Assembly (NCBI RefSeq): GCF_044704955.1
Contig: NC_091994.1
Coordinates: forward strand, 92,256,001 to 92,320,000
Length of the DNA: 64,000 bases
From: Pristiophorus japonicus
Lineage: Eukaryota
Reading direction: 5' to 3'
Shown here: positions 31,301-44,125 of the stretch, piece by piece
Layout: the number at the start of each line of letters is the position of its first letter
Position numbering within the stretch: the first letter of the stretch is position 1
The notes under the pieces: model-generated
Seen by the model: only the letters and a program-made list of their open reading frames with translations
Database searches by the model: none
Told to the model about the DNA's origin: nothing
Made by a program: the position numbers and the translations under genes

Positions 31301-34300
31301 AAAGCAATACTTAAAACAGAGTCATGCTCCCTCAATAGCAAAGCAAACTAATTCAGAGAGTTGAGCCGTGCAGACCAGTAAGGTCCCAGGCTTGATTCCC
31401 AGTCTGTGCTAAATTAGCTCAGCATCTGGGGCAGCAGTTAAGGTTACACGTGAGCTATTGAGGGATGCTGCATGGTCAGTGGTGTGGTGTTTTGGATGAA
31501 ACATTAAACTGTCTGCCTGTCCAAGAGATCCTATGGTACTACTCCTGGTATCCTGGGCAACATTCCTTCTTCAACCAATACCAACAAAAACAAATGATCT
31601 AGTTGTTCATGTCATTTGCTTGATGCGTGACTGTGCTGTGCATAGATTGGCTGGTACATTGGCATACAAAACAGCGACATTTCAAAAAAATATTTGTTGG
31701 TTGTGAAGGACTTTAGAACATCCCAGGGACAAGAAAGGTGATATGCAAATTAAAACTCTTTCTTTTTTCAGTCCTCTGGATTAGGGAGGAGAAAAGAAAC
31801 TGTGTTATCCAGTGGAAAGTGCATGCGTGTGGAGGTTTGGCAAGGACAGTTAAATTCAGCTGTGATACTTCCCACAGTCGAATAGGCTGCCAGTGATTGC
31901 TGTCTAGGTTTGAATATCAAGAATGGCCCTTTAGAGTGGGGGAGGTCTGGAACTTACTGCCTGAAAGGGTGGTAGAGGCAGAAACCCTCACCACATTGAA
32001 AAAGTACTTGGATGTGCACTTAAAGAGCCGTAACCTACAGGGCTACAGACCTAGTACTGGAAGGTGGGATTAGGCTGGGTTGCTCCTTTTCGACCGACAG
32101 GGACACGGACATGATGGGCCGAATGGCCTCCTTCTGTGTTGTAATTTTCTATAATTTTAGGTGTGGTATCAGGAAAAACTGTGGGAAATATACAATAGAT
32201 CCATCAGCATCTGAAGAGAAAAGTCTTCAGAACCTTTTGGGCAGAGACTCTTCAACACAACGTGTATTTCCGCCATTCTCTGTTTTTATTACGGATTCTG
32301 GAGAGTATTTGGTGCCCATGAAACCACACCCCAGGAAAAGTAAATACCTTCAGGAGAGATGGGGAGAAAAATAGCAGAGAAAAGAAAGTTGCTGTTCCAA
32401 AGAAATGCAGAAAGAACTGTCCCACTCCCCAATCCATCAGATTGTACCCGGTCTCTTTCACAGTCAGTTTCGCTCCATCCCCTGTATGCCCAGGCTGAAG
32501 TTAGCAAAATTCCTAGTTTGCTACGACCGTGCTTGCAACAAACACACGCCTAAGCACAGATTTACCTGGAGGGTTGCTGTCAAGAATCGCATCACAGACA
32601 CTGATCTTCAGGATCGATGCTCGAAGGAGCTGCTCAACACGGGAAAGCAGCGAGTCAGAGCTGCAAAACAGCCAGCCAGAAGATTAATAGATGTCACAGG
32701 AAAATTCAACCAATAAAAAAGTTTTGGCTGCACAAGTGCCCCTCAAACACAGTGTCCTTAATTACTCTTTCCTCCCTTTTCTCCTAAAGGCACGGACTCT
32801 TTCTGGGCATTGCTCAACTGGCATTAGTTACTCCCTGGTGACCATTCTTCAAGTGTGGACCTTTGGCAGTGCAGGCTCGAGGGGCCATATGGCCTACTCC
32901 TGCTCCTAATTCTTATTTTCTTCTGTTGAGTGTTTGTAGGCTATTTGACCATGGGAGTAACACAGCCATATCTGATCCTGACCTCACCTGTATGATTCTC
33001 TGAACCAGAGAAAAAGTGGCTCCACCCACTCCCAGGCCTCTCTGCTCCCATGCAGCTGGCTTTGCTTTTCTTGGCTCCCTGCCATTTCTTGCTCACTCAA
33101 AGTACCCTAAGCCGCTCCAACATCAGCTCCTATTTTCTCCCAGCCTCAACAATAGACCGGCCTGTCTTCCAAAACTAAGAATCTGTGCTATAATGCCCAG
33201 GGCCCCCTTCTGCCCTGTACTCCTGGGCTGCGCCAAGCTGTCACCATAGACTGTTACTTTATAGAAAAGTTCCTTCTAACATACTGCAGTAAACATCTAT
33301 TAATCCTTTAGCCTGCTTAATAAACTGCCAGGGTGATGGGAGGGAAATATACAGGAATGAGATCAGGTTAAGTAACATTGTGGATATTGTGTATAATTGT
33401 GGGAAAGTCCTCACAGCAAGTTGCCATAACGACTGACAGGATTACAGCAAGGTCACACAGATTGATTTAAAAGAGAATGTCAGTCTATTTTCTTACAGAA
33501 AGAGGGAGATGGGAACAATGAGAGAGAGTCAGAGACAAAGACAGTTCCAAGAAAAGAAGAGGACAATTTGAAAATTGTCCTTGATTAATGCCTAGAGAGA
33601 TCAATTAGTTCTTTAAGTTTGGCAAGCTCCTCAATGAATCGGAGGGGGTCTGTCGATGTCTGGCGGGGAGTAGGGAAAACGGGCTGGCATTTGGGGAGGT
33701 GGGGATCATTCGTCACAACGCAGTGCTGTGCCCTCCCTGTTGACCTGTTCTTTCTACTTTCAGAGCTGCTGGGCCTGCTGTACTTTGCCAGAATCTTCTG
33801 TTTAAATTTCAAACCTGATCCCTACATCTGTGTTTTCCATCACTCCCATTTTCTTTAGGCCTCCCACTGCCTCAGCTCGTCACATGTCTTATTTCTTTAA
33901 TGCTACTATAACTTAAGGGAAATGATTGAACAATCGTTCCACTGATGCTTCCTTGCTGTGTCCGCTCGCTCTCTGCCCCTTTTTCTAGTTTCTATTAATG
34001 TTAGTTCATCTCTTATTTGAGTTCTGAAGAAGGGTACAAGCTGAGAACGTTGACTCTGTTTTCTCCCCAGATGCTGACTGACCGGCTGTATGGTTCCAGC
34101 GTTTTCTGATTTTCCCTCAGTGAATCAGATCCTTTTTATTCAATTATTGTTTAAAATAAAAAATAAAGAAAGCCAGGCAGTGAGCCTTGGTTAAATTGAT
34201 GGTATGGTGCCACAGCTCACTAATCTACTTTTTTCCCTGTGCCACAGCTCACTGGTGTAGTTTTGGTTTCCTTACCTAAGGAAGGATATACTTGCCTCAG

Positions 34301-37300
34301 AGGGGGTGCACCAAAGGTTCACTATATTGATTCCTGGGATGAGAGGGTTGTCCGAAGAAGAGAGATCAAGTAGAATGGGCCTATATTCTCTGGAGTTTAG
34401 AAGAATGAGAGGTGATCTCATTGAAGCAGACAAGATTCTGAGGGGACTGAACACAGTAGATGTTAGGAGGATGTTTCCCCTGGCAGGGGAGTCTAGAACT
34501 CAGGGTCATTCTCTCAAGATAAGGGGTCGACTATTCAGAACTGAGATGAAGAGAAATTTCTTCACTCAGAGGGTTGTGAATCTTTAGAATTCTCTACCCC
34601 AGAGGGCTGTGGCAGCTCAGTCATTGAGTATATTCAAGACAGAGATCGACAGATTTTTGGATATTAAGTGAATCAAGAGATATGAGGATAGTGCAGCCAA
34701 ATGGAGTTGAGAGGTAGATCATCAGCCATGATCTCACTGAATGGCGGAGCAGGCTCGAGGGGCCAAATGGTCTACTTCTGCTCCTAATTCTTATGTTCTT
34801 CTAAGTAGGAAGAAACTATTTGCTTGGTCAAGTGGGTCGGTAACCAGAAGTCATAGATTTAAAATATCTGGCAAAAGAACTAGAGGGGAAATGTGGAGAA
34901 ATTTCTTCTCACAGGGTTGTTGAGATCTGGAATGCACTACCTGAAAGGGTGGTGGAATCAGAATCCATAGTAACTTTCAATTGGACATGTACTTGAAGCT
35001 GACTAATTTGCAGGGTTATTGAGGAAAATAGGAGAGTGGGGCTAATTGGACAGCTCTTTCAAAGAGCCGGCACAGGCACAACAGGCCAAATGGCTTCCTT
35101 CTGTGCAATAGGATTCCACGATTTTAGCCCCAATTGGCACAGCCCACTGGTGTACTAGCCCCTGATATCCCAGCTCACTGATGTACTAGCCCCTGATGTC
35201 ACAGCTCACCAGTGTACTAGCCCCCGGTGTCACAGTTCATCATCATCATAGGCAGTCCCTCGAAATCAAGGAAGACTTGCTTCCACTATAAAAGTGAGTT
35301 CTCAGGTGACTACAGTCCAATATGGAAATTACAGTCTCTGTAACAGGCAAGGCAGACGGTGGTTGAAGGAAGCGGTGGGTGGAGAGTCTGGTTTGCCGCA
35401 CGCTCCTTCCGCTGCCTGCGCTTGTTTTCTGCATGCTCTCGGTGACGAGACTCAAGGTGTTCAACGCCCTCCCTGATGCTCTTCCTCCACTTAGGGCGGT
35501 CTTGGACCAGGGATTCCCAGGTGCCGGCGGGGATGCTGCACTTTATCAAGGAGGCTCTGAGGGTGTCCTTGAAGCGTTTCCTTTGCCCACCTGGGGCTCG
35601 CTTGCCATGTAGGAGTTCCGAGTAGAGCGCTTGCTTTGGGAGTCTCGTGTCGAGCATGCGGACAATGTGGTCCGGTCCATGGAACTGGTCGAGTGTGGTC
35701 AGTGCTTCGATACTGGGGATGTTGGCCTGAGCGAGAACACTGACGTTGGTGTGTCTATCTTCCCAATGGATTTGCAGGATCTTGCCGAAGCAGCGTTGGT
35801 GGTACTTCTCCAGCACTTTGAGGTGTGTACTGTATATAGTCCACATCTCTGAGCCAAACAGGAGGGCGGGTACCACTACTGCCCTGTAGACGATAAGCTT
35901 GGTGCCAGATTTGAGGTCCTGGTCTTCAAACACTCCCTTCCTCAGGCAACCGAAGGCTGCGCTGGCACACTGGAGGCGGGGTTGGACCTCATCATCGATG
36001 TCTGCCCTTGCTGATAGTAGGCTCCCGAGGTATGGAAAATAGTCCACGTTGTCCAAGGCCACGCCGTGGATTTTGTCACAGCTCACTGGTGTACTAGCCC
36101 TCGGTGTCACAGCTCACTGGTGTACTAGCCCTCGGCGTCACAGCTCGCTGGTGTACTATCCCTCGGCGTCACAGCTCGCTGGTGTACTAGCCCTCGGCGT
36201 CACAGCTCGCTGGTGTACTATCCCTCGGCGTCACAGCTCGCTGGTGTACTATCCCTCGGCGTCACAGCTCGCTGGTGTACTATCCCTCGGCGTCACAGCT
36301 CACTGGTGTACTAGCCCTCGGCGTCACAGCTCGCTGGTGTACTATCCCTCGGCGTCACAGCTCGCTGGTGTACTATCCCTCGGCGTCACAGCTCGCTGGT
36401 GTACTATCCCTCGGCGTCACAGCTCGCTGGTGTACTATCCCTCGGCGTCACAGCTCGCTGGTGTACTATCCCTCGGCGTCACAGCTCGCTGGTGTACTAG
36501 CCCTCGGCGTCACAGCTCGCTGGTATACTAGCCTCTGGCGTCACAGCTCACTGGTGTACTAGCCTCTGGCGTCACAGCTCACTGGTGTACTAGCCTCTGG
36601 CGTCACAGCTCACTGGTGTACTAGCCTCTGGCGTCACAACTCACTGGTGTACTAGCCTCTGGCGTCACAGCTCACTGGTGTACTAGCCCCTGGCGCCATC
36701 AACAAGCAACACACGTGTTCATATCCACCCTTTCCACACAATGCAGCTCTGACCCAGCCAAGCCATTATAGACAGGTACCGAGGGGCCATGCAGATCCTC
36801 CAGAAGGAGAGCATTCTTTATTTTAAGTTGGAGTGCAAGTCTTCCCAGGTCTCGTATTTCTCCAAGTAACTGGATCTAGAACAGGACTGATGCAGGAATG
36901 GGAACAAGTCACCAACTCATCAGTCGTACCCCATTCTCCATCCGAGAAATAACACACCTTATGAGACAAGGTGCTGTGGGATACATTCATTGTTCCAAAT
37001 CTCCTGTCAAGATAGTTTCTGGCAGTGTCGGAGATCAGGCTCTGCTTCGATTCATTATGTCTACTGATCTAATAGTTCTGTCTCACTGGATTTCCTACTT
37101 AGGTAACAGAGTGGAGAAAGCATGAAAAGGATTACAATATTTAGAAACATGACAAAAAAAAGATCTAACTGAACAGTTTTAAAGATTGTTCAATTCAAAA
37201 TATAAATAGAATCTGCCCTGCTTGTGTACTGGATCGAAGTTTAATTGCAACAATCTTCAGAGACCTGGATCAATAGTTTGGTGATAGTACAAGAAAACAG

Positions 37301-40300
37301 AAAACCCACTGAAAATATCTCACCTGACAGACAGCAGAGGAGGCTGGGATATCTCAAAGACAAAGCGCTCCACAGGATGGTGCTCTTTATCCAGGATCAC
37401 CACCACCACCCGATCCACTTCATTCTAAACGGGAGCAAAGATTGCAGGTTACAATCCACATGTGGCTCATTCCAAGCAGGTGATCATCCACTTATTAACA
37501 AAGAGACATCAACAAACGTTGGAGGGGACCTGTAACACCCCTTCAAACAACAGTTTTTGCTGGTACACAGAGGCACCCCAACAGAACTAATGTTTCTCTG
37601 GGTTTCAGTGACTTCTTTTTAAGTTGTTCCCGGGAGGTGGGTGACACTGGCAAGGCCACATTTATTGCCCATCCCGAAATGCAGAGGTTGTGGTGGTGAG
37701 CCTCCTTCTTGATCTCTTGCACTCTTCCTGCTGAAGTTGCTCCCACAATGACATTAGGTAGGGAATTCCAGGATTTTGATTCAGCAACAATAAAGGGACA
37801 ATCGATGTTCAAATCTGGATGGTGTAGACTTGGAGGTGATGGCATTCCCACAACATTACTGTTTTTTGTCCTCTTTTGTGGTACAGGTTGCGAGAGGGTG
37901 GAGGGGAGGTTATGTGCTATCAAGGTAAACCTTGGTGAGTTGCCAAAGTACATCCTGTGCAGTCACAGTGCACTGGAGATGAAAGGGGGGAGTATGAAAG
38001 CCAGTGACAGGGTCACTCATTAAGTGGGCTACTGTGTCCTAGATAGGGTCAAACTTCAAGTGTTGCTGCGACTGTACCCCTCCAAGTGACTCGTGAGTGT
38101 TCCATCACACTCCCGACTTGTGCCTTGTAGATAATGAAGAGGCTATGAGGGGTCAGGAAGTGAGCCATTCAGCAGAGTACCCAGCCTCTACTTTTATCAT
38201 GTTTTCCTTTCCTGAAGAATCTTAAAATATGCATCGATAAATGGACAAAAACAGAGATAAAAAGCTGCTCTCTGCCACACAAATGTTTGGGGGAGGATAT
38301 GAAAAGTGAATGATATAGACAGGCACTAATTTGCAACCCAAAGAGCTGCTGTGCAGATCCTGGTAGTCTCTTTACACTAGTAGAGACCCAACCCTGGAGG
38401 GGGAATGAAACCTGGTGAGGGCGAGGGGAAATAATGTGGAGTAGAAATTAACTCAATAAAGTGTAAATTCATATAAACAGTTGTACACATCGACAGAAAC
38501 AGCCAATTAAAGCCTTCCTCACCTTCTCAATCAGAGGCTTGATGCAGTGTAGTGTGTCCTGGATGTACTGGTTCAGCTCCGGGTGACACGACATCTACAT
38601 AAACACAGCATTCAAAGGATAAACAAAGCATCATTCAGCAAAGAGAGAGATACTTAATATTTTATGAAGCATGAAATGCCTAATGGCAGCTCACGTTAAC
38701 CAGACTTAAACAATGCTGTAACCAAGTGGTGTAGAAGAATGAGCTATCCTGCACTGTAGATCACTGCTTCAGACTATCAATAAGCTGGAAGCTCATCAGT
38801 TTTCTCACCTGGACAGGTACATTGTACTTTTTCCTCTTCTGAAAGATTCCGATTGGATAAACCTCCCTGACGTACAGGATCATATGAATGGCCACTTCTA
38901 GAAATTCACACAGTACATCTGCGACCACTGGAGAGAAGCAGAGAGATGAGATGAGTTGGGGTGCAAGGGCACATGGGCACAGCCTGTCGTTTATGGCTGG
39001 AGGAGGCGGGTGAATATAGGGAAGGGAAACAGGGCTGTGCGAAATTTGGAATGCTGTCTATTGGGCCTACTTAGCACAAAGCATTGTAACAAAGGCAGCA
39101 GTTAGAGAACTCATCTTTTTTTCCCAAAAATATACTTTATTCATATAACATTTTCACAATACATTGGAAAATAGTTCAGTACCTTGCGGTCAGCAATTCC
39201 ATACAATTCGTTTAGATGCTGACAGCAGTCCCATACAATGCACTAGTGTGCATTTCATTTCAAGGTACAGTTTAGTACAATCCGTAAATCACGTTACATG
39301 TAGTACTGTGCAAATAAGGGTATTACATGGAGCAGATAAGAACAGGTTTACATTACATTCCAGGATACATTTCAATACCGATCACAAATCATGTTACATG
39401 TAGCACTATGCAGATGAAAGCAGTACACAGAACGGATGAGAACACATTTACATCTCCAAGATGGGGTTTGGGAAGGGTATCCGCAATTGGATCCAACTGC
39501 TCTACACAGACATCAGCAACACAGTTCTAATCAACAGGTGGGAAACTGAAAGCTTTCCGATCAGGTCTGGAGTCAGGCAAAGCTGTCCTCTCTCCTCTGT
39601 CTTGTTTGTGTGCTGTATCGAGCCCTTTGCCGAGTCCATCAGAAAGGATGAGGGCATTAGGGGGGTGACAATCCCAGGCAGCGGAGGCGCTCAGATCAAG
39701 ACCTCCCGGTACATGGACATCGCCGTCTTTTGTTCGGATCCGCAGTCGGTCTGCGGATTGCTCACAATCTGCGACCAGTTTGAACTAGCCTCAGGGGCGC
39801 AGATTAATCGCAGCAAAAGCGAAGCCATGTTCTTTGGAAGCTGGGCCGACCGATCTTTTATTCCCTTCACCGTTAAGTCAGATTACCTGAAGGTGTTGGG
39901 AATATGGTTCGGAGCAAGCAGGGCGTGCGCCAAAAACTGAAAGGAGCGTATCGCTAAAGCCAAACATAAACTGGGATGGTGGAAGCTACGCTCCCTCTCC
40001 ATTGCAGGAAAGAACCTGGTCATCAGGAGTAAGGTGCTCTTGGTGTTGTTGTACGTGGCGCAGGTCTGGTCCATACCCCACTCCTGTGCCGTGCAAGTCA
40101 CCCGAACCATCTTCCATTTCATCTGCAGATCGAAAATGGACCGTGTCCGCAGAGACACGATGTACAAATCTCTGGACAAGGGAGGAAAGGACGTTTTGAA
40201 CATGGCCCTCATCCTGATGGCCACTTTTCTGTGCGGCTGCATCAAGCTGTGCACAGACCCTTCGTACGCAAACACCAAGTGTCATTACATGCTGAGATTC

Positions 40301-41540
40301 TATCTGTCCCCGGTATTGCAAAGGATGGGTCTGGCCAGGCTGCCGCGGAACACTCCAACCAGTTGGACCATGCCTCACCACCTGTCCTTCATGAAAGAGT
40401 TTTTCAAGAAAAACACCTTTGACCACAAGGCCATAAAGCAGTGGTCGGCATGCAAGGTCCTGGATGCCCTACGGAAGAAGGAGACGATGGATCCTGTCGG
40501 GCGTTTCCCCGAGCAGACTGTCAAACTCATTTGGCAGAATGTCTCATCGCCAGAGCTTTCACACAAGCACCAAGATGTAGCTTGGTTGGCGGTGAGTAGA
40601 GCCCTACCCGTCAGATCCTTCATACATAGCCGGGGTTTCAGAGACACGGCACTCTGCCCCAGAGTTGACTGTGATGGTCATCCATCTCCTTCGGGATTGC
40701 CCCTTTGCAAGGCAGGTCTGGAAGGAGATGCAGTGGTTGCTGTCGAGGTTCATCTCAAGCAGCTCCGTAACACAGGACTCTGTGCTCTGCAGACTGTTCC
40801 CAGGGACGCACACCGAGACAGACATCATCTGCTGTTGGAGAGCCATCAACTTAGTGAAAGACGCACTTTGGTCTTCCCGAAACTTGCTGGTGTTCCAGAG
40901 CAAGGAGACGTCCATGGCTGAGTGTTGCAGACTGGCGCAATCCAAGGTCCAGGAGTACGTGCTGAGGGACGCACTAAGGTTGGTGCAGACGCCGCAAAGG
41001 CACAATGGAAAAGAGCCACAGTCTAAGGCCCTTCCACCACGGTAAACCCAGGGGATGGAATCAGACCCTTCCTCGGGCTGTATCTTTTAATCTGCTTGTA
41101 TACATAGAGCACCATGTACTGACAAACACCTGTGTTGTGCCATGTATAATGAAAGTTAGAGGCCTCATCACCCCTGGGCTGGGAAGAGGAGGTGGAAAAC
41201 AAACAAAGACTCAGTAGTCCCGCTCCTTAATCACCGTCAGTAACTCCGCCTGAAAGTGCACGTGGTCAACATAGGATCAGGCTCAATTATGACACCCCCA
41301 ATACTCAAGTTTGCCCAACGGCCACTTGGGAAAACTACAGCAGGCAACCAATACCCGTGGAACGGTGCCCCAGCCTGAGTCAGCACCATTGTCAGGAGGG
41401 GAAGGCAGATCATTGACAAGAAAACAAAGTAGCTGGATTTGTTACACAGTTTCATACAGAATATCACTGACTGACAATGTGAGAATATCAAAGACTGCAC
41501 CTTGTCCAAAATTGAGATCCTGTCGTGTGAGGGTGGCCAT
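28323..41540 (-). CDS. MAD2L2: Mitotic arrest deficient 2-like 2 / REV7 (HORMA protein; Pol zeta and shieldin subunit), complete, 211 aa
   Basis: Coding exons 41540-41501, 38927-38809, 38594-38523, 37424-37324, 32660-32566, 31193-31120, 28879-28787 and 28364-28323 total 636 nt, all GT-AG. Translation: [28 protein letters not shown]...[17 protein letters not shown]...[10 protein letters not shown]...[24 protein letters not shown]. Confidence 0.97.
28955..30175 (-). mobile_element. Old non-LTR retrotransposon fragment (clade not resolved); a related copy lies at about 37620-38190
   Basis: Degenerate SWNSLPN...[11 protein letters not shown]...GGGCAATAAAT 3' end in both copies. Confidence 0.55.
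30200..30990 (-). mobile_element. Old L2 RT fragment
   Basis: [12 protein letters not shown] and [10 protein letters not shown] remnants in ORFs 30391-30606 and 30593-30994. Confidence 0.6.
31450..31765 (+). mobile_element. Degenerate Deu-domain SINE
   Basis: GGATGAAACATTAAAC...GATCCTATGGTACT...TCCTGGGCAACATT...tail TCTTTCTTT. Confidence 0.55.
34255..35125 (+). mobile_element. Two adjacent CR1-type 3' fragments interrupting the minisatellite
   Basis: ORF 34306-34587 with CR1 motifs; a second subfamily tail from about 34800. Confidence 0.8.
35238..36073 (-). mobile_element. RTE-clade LINE 3' fragment inserted in the minisatellite
   Basis: ORF 35310-36110 [14 protein letters not shown]...[16 protein letters not shown], an (ATG)n tail, and TGTCACAG on both flanks. 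Confidence 0.88.
36077..36696. repeat. 31-bp minisatellite, 20 tandem units (older units at 34209-34258 and 35138-35236)
   Basis: Unit CACAGCTC(A/G)CTGGTGTACTA(G/T)CC(CTC/TCT)GGCGT with an exact 31-bp period from 36077 to 36666 and no spacers. Confidence 0.95.
39116..41153. mobile_element. Tx1 (L1-group) LINE with a 5' inversion, in the MAD2L2 intron after the first coding exon
   Basis: Plus-strand Tx1 ORF2 remnant ([25 protein letters not shown]) at about 39453-41045. Minus-strand 3' UTR with AATAAA and poly(A) at 39116-39460. 16-bp imperfect TSD at 39100-39115 and 41154-41169. Confidence 0.85.
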
Positions 41541-42109
41541 GTTCACAAACACCTGTTGGAGAAACAAAATCAAAGACCATTGGTCAGGAATGCGGGCTTT
41601 AAGAAAACTGTTGCTATTTATTTCTTGTCCCACTTGCAGAAGAACAACTTGCATTTATATAGCAGCTTAAACAAAGTAAAACATCCCATGGTGCTTCACA
41701 GATAAAATTTAACACCGAGCCATACAAGGAAATAGTCAGGCAAATGACTAAAAGCTTGGTCAAAAAATAGGTTTTAAGGAGCGTCTTAAAAGGAGAGAGA
41801 GAACTGATTCCAGATCTCAATACATTCCCCTTTAGAATATTGGTAATGATTTTCACTGAGCATTCATCAGCTCGAGCACTTTGAATTCCATTATTTCAAT
41901 GTTGAACCAATGATGTGTGTTAACACATAGTACATTCTCAGGCCAGGGTCCAAGCCTGTGAACAGGGCCAGTATTGATTTGTGGTCTGAGTAACACAGAT
42001 GAGCTGGTATTCAATGGGAAAGTCAATGGACGTTTGAGCAGCATTTCACTGTCGGTGAAGCGCTTAGAGATATCTGTGAAACAGTCGCTGAAGCGGGGAG
42101 ATATCACAG

Positions 42110-42420
42110 CCAAGGCCCGACACGCGGGCTTTCCAGCCGAGATAAGGAGCGGGATCCTTGGCTCCTTTCCCCCTCCCTAATCCGGCGTACACATCTCCGG
42201 CCGCTGATTGCGCTCCGGGATTCACTCCAGGAGCAGCCTCATTGCTCCTTGGTGCCCCCGGCCTAAGCCGCGACCCGGGCCTGACCTACCTTGCCCTGGC
42301 GCCGCTTCTCAGCAACACAATGCGTCCTGACGTCATCGCCCTGCGTGCGTGGAACGCGCCGCAGCGCGAGCTTCAGTTTAAACCCAACGGCTTTGTGTCA
42401 AACACCGCGCGAGCAGCCCC
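42110..42420 (-). promoter_or_regulatory. MAD2L2 CpG-island promoter with a putative non-coding first exon
   Basis: CpG-dense segment with a minus-strand donor CAAG|GTAGG after 42290 and a perfect CRE TGACGTCA at 42328-42335. The first coding exon has a splice acceptor at 41552, so an upstream exon is required. Confidence 0.65.
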
Positions 42421-42429
42421 ACATACCCG

Positions 42430-43680
42430 CCTCACACCGACCCACCCCAGTCACCATCACCCCAGCCCACACACACACAACCACCCCAGTCACCATCACC
42501 CCAGCCCACACCACTCACCCTCACCTCCCACACACCCACCTCACCCCCACCCCACACACCCACCCCAGTCACCATCACCCCAGTCACACCCACCTCACCC
42601 CAGCCCTCCCCCACCCCACACACACTCCACCCCAGTCACCATCACCCCAGCCCACACACACACAACCACCCCAGTCACCATCACCTCACCCCCACCCCAC
42701 CCCACACACCCACCCCAGTCACCATCACCCCAGCCCACACCACTCACCCTCCTCACTCCAGCCCTCCCCCACCCCACACACCCACCCCAGTCACCATCAC
42801 TCACCCTCACCTCCCACACACCCACCTCACCCCCACCCCACACACCCACCCCAGTCACCATCACCCCAGTCACCCACCTCACCCCAGCCCTCCCCCACCC
42901 CACACACACTCCACCCCAGTCACCATCACCCCAGTCACCATCACTCACCCTCACCTCCCACACATCCACCTCACCCCAGCCCTCCCCCACCCCACACACC
43001 CATAACCCCACCCCATTCACCATCACCCCAGCCCACACACACAACCACCCCAGTCACCATCACTCACCCTCACCACACACACACACACCACCCGACACAC
43101 CCACCCCAGTCACCATCACCCTAGTCACCATCACTCACCCTCACCTCCCACACACCCACCTCACCCCCACTCCACACACCCACCCCAGTCACCATCACCC
43201 CCAGCCCACACACGATCACCACAACCCCTCACATCAGCCCCACCCCAGTCACCATCATTCCCATCTCACCCACTCAGCTCCACACACCTCACCTGACCTC
43301 CAGCCCACACACCATCATCCTCACACCCACCTTACACACCCTCACCTCTCACTCTCATCCTGCCCAGCTCTCACCCCACACACAATATCCACCCCTCCCA
43401 CCCGCTCCGCGCTTCACAACCACCCTCCACACCTCATCCCGGTCTCACCCACCCACACACCATCACCACATCCCCTCACACCCACCCCCCTCACCTCACA
43501 TCTCCTCACCCCACACTCCCCCATCCCCTCATTTCACACCCACCCCACATACCCTCACACCTCACCCTCACCCCCACACCTCACCCCCACACACCCAACG
43601 CCCGGCCCCTTACCTCGCCCCCACACACCCTACTCCTGGCCCTTTACCTCTTCCCCACACACCCACTCCAATCCCTCACC
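42430..43680. repeat. C/A-rich low-complexity degenerate tandem repeat (G-rich on the minus strand)
   Basis: Recurrent CACCCCAGTCACCATCACCC and CCCCACCCCACACAC blocks; very few G on the plus strand. Confidence 0.9.
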
Positions 43681-44125
43681 TGCTCCTCGAGCCCGAACCC
43701 TATGCGAACTGCAGAAAGTAATCCGAAGGAAAGAAGCCGAGAGACAAAACTGATGTCTTTTGGTGAGATTTATTTGTCACTGGTACAGACTTTAAGATAA
43801 GTGTCACACCTTCAGAAGCTCCCCGCAGCAACTTTACCGTGTATGGGCAGCACACAGTATCAGCGCTACGCAACCAGCATGGAACCATAGAAGGCCATAT
43901 GGGCCATCGTATCTGTCAGTTGGTTGCTTGCAAAATGTAAAGGGCTACTAATATCCTGTCTCTCCTCTGGCCCCATCTCTCCCCTTCAACCAATAGGTCT
44001 CTATCTTCCTGTAATTCAGAGTTACCCAACTTTTCTTTAAAATAATCCACCCCTTGTAGTAAAGCAGTTCATCTTTGTGTTAAAAATATTCAGCTAACCG
44101 CTCTCGTCATTCTCAGTGGCAATTA

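Noticed and set aside
36049-36562. Repetitive ORFs of 160 and 95 aa
   Set aside because: They are translations of the 31-bp minisatellite, with no independent coding evidence.
36077-36696. CRISPR-like array of ~31-bp repeats
   Set aside because: Units are directly head-to-tail with no unique spacers, there are no cas genes, and the context is a vertebrate intron. It is a minisatellite.
36840-36925. Possible intronic C/D snoRNA (TGATGA on minus at about 36917-36922)
   Set aside because: No suitably placed CTGA D box or terminal stem was found.
42158-43753. 531-aa His/Pro/Thr-rich ORF (and overlapping 277-aa ORF) resembling an extensin or mucin
   Set aside because: The C/A-rich repeat is almost unable to form stop codons, several frames are open at once, and the start is not ATG.
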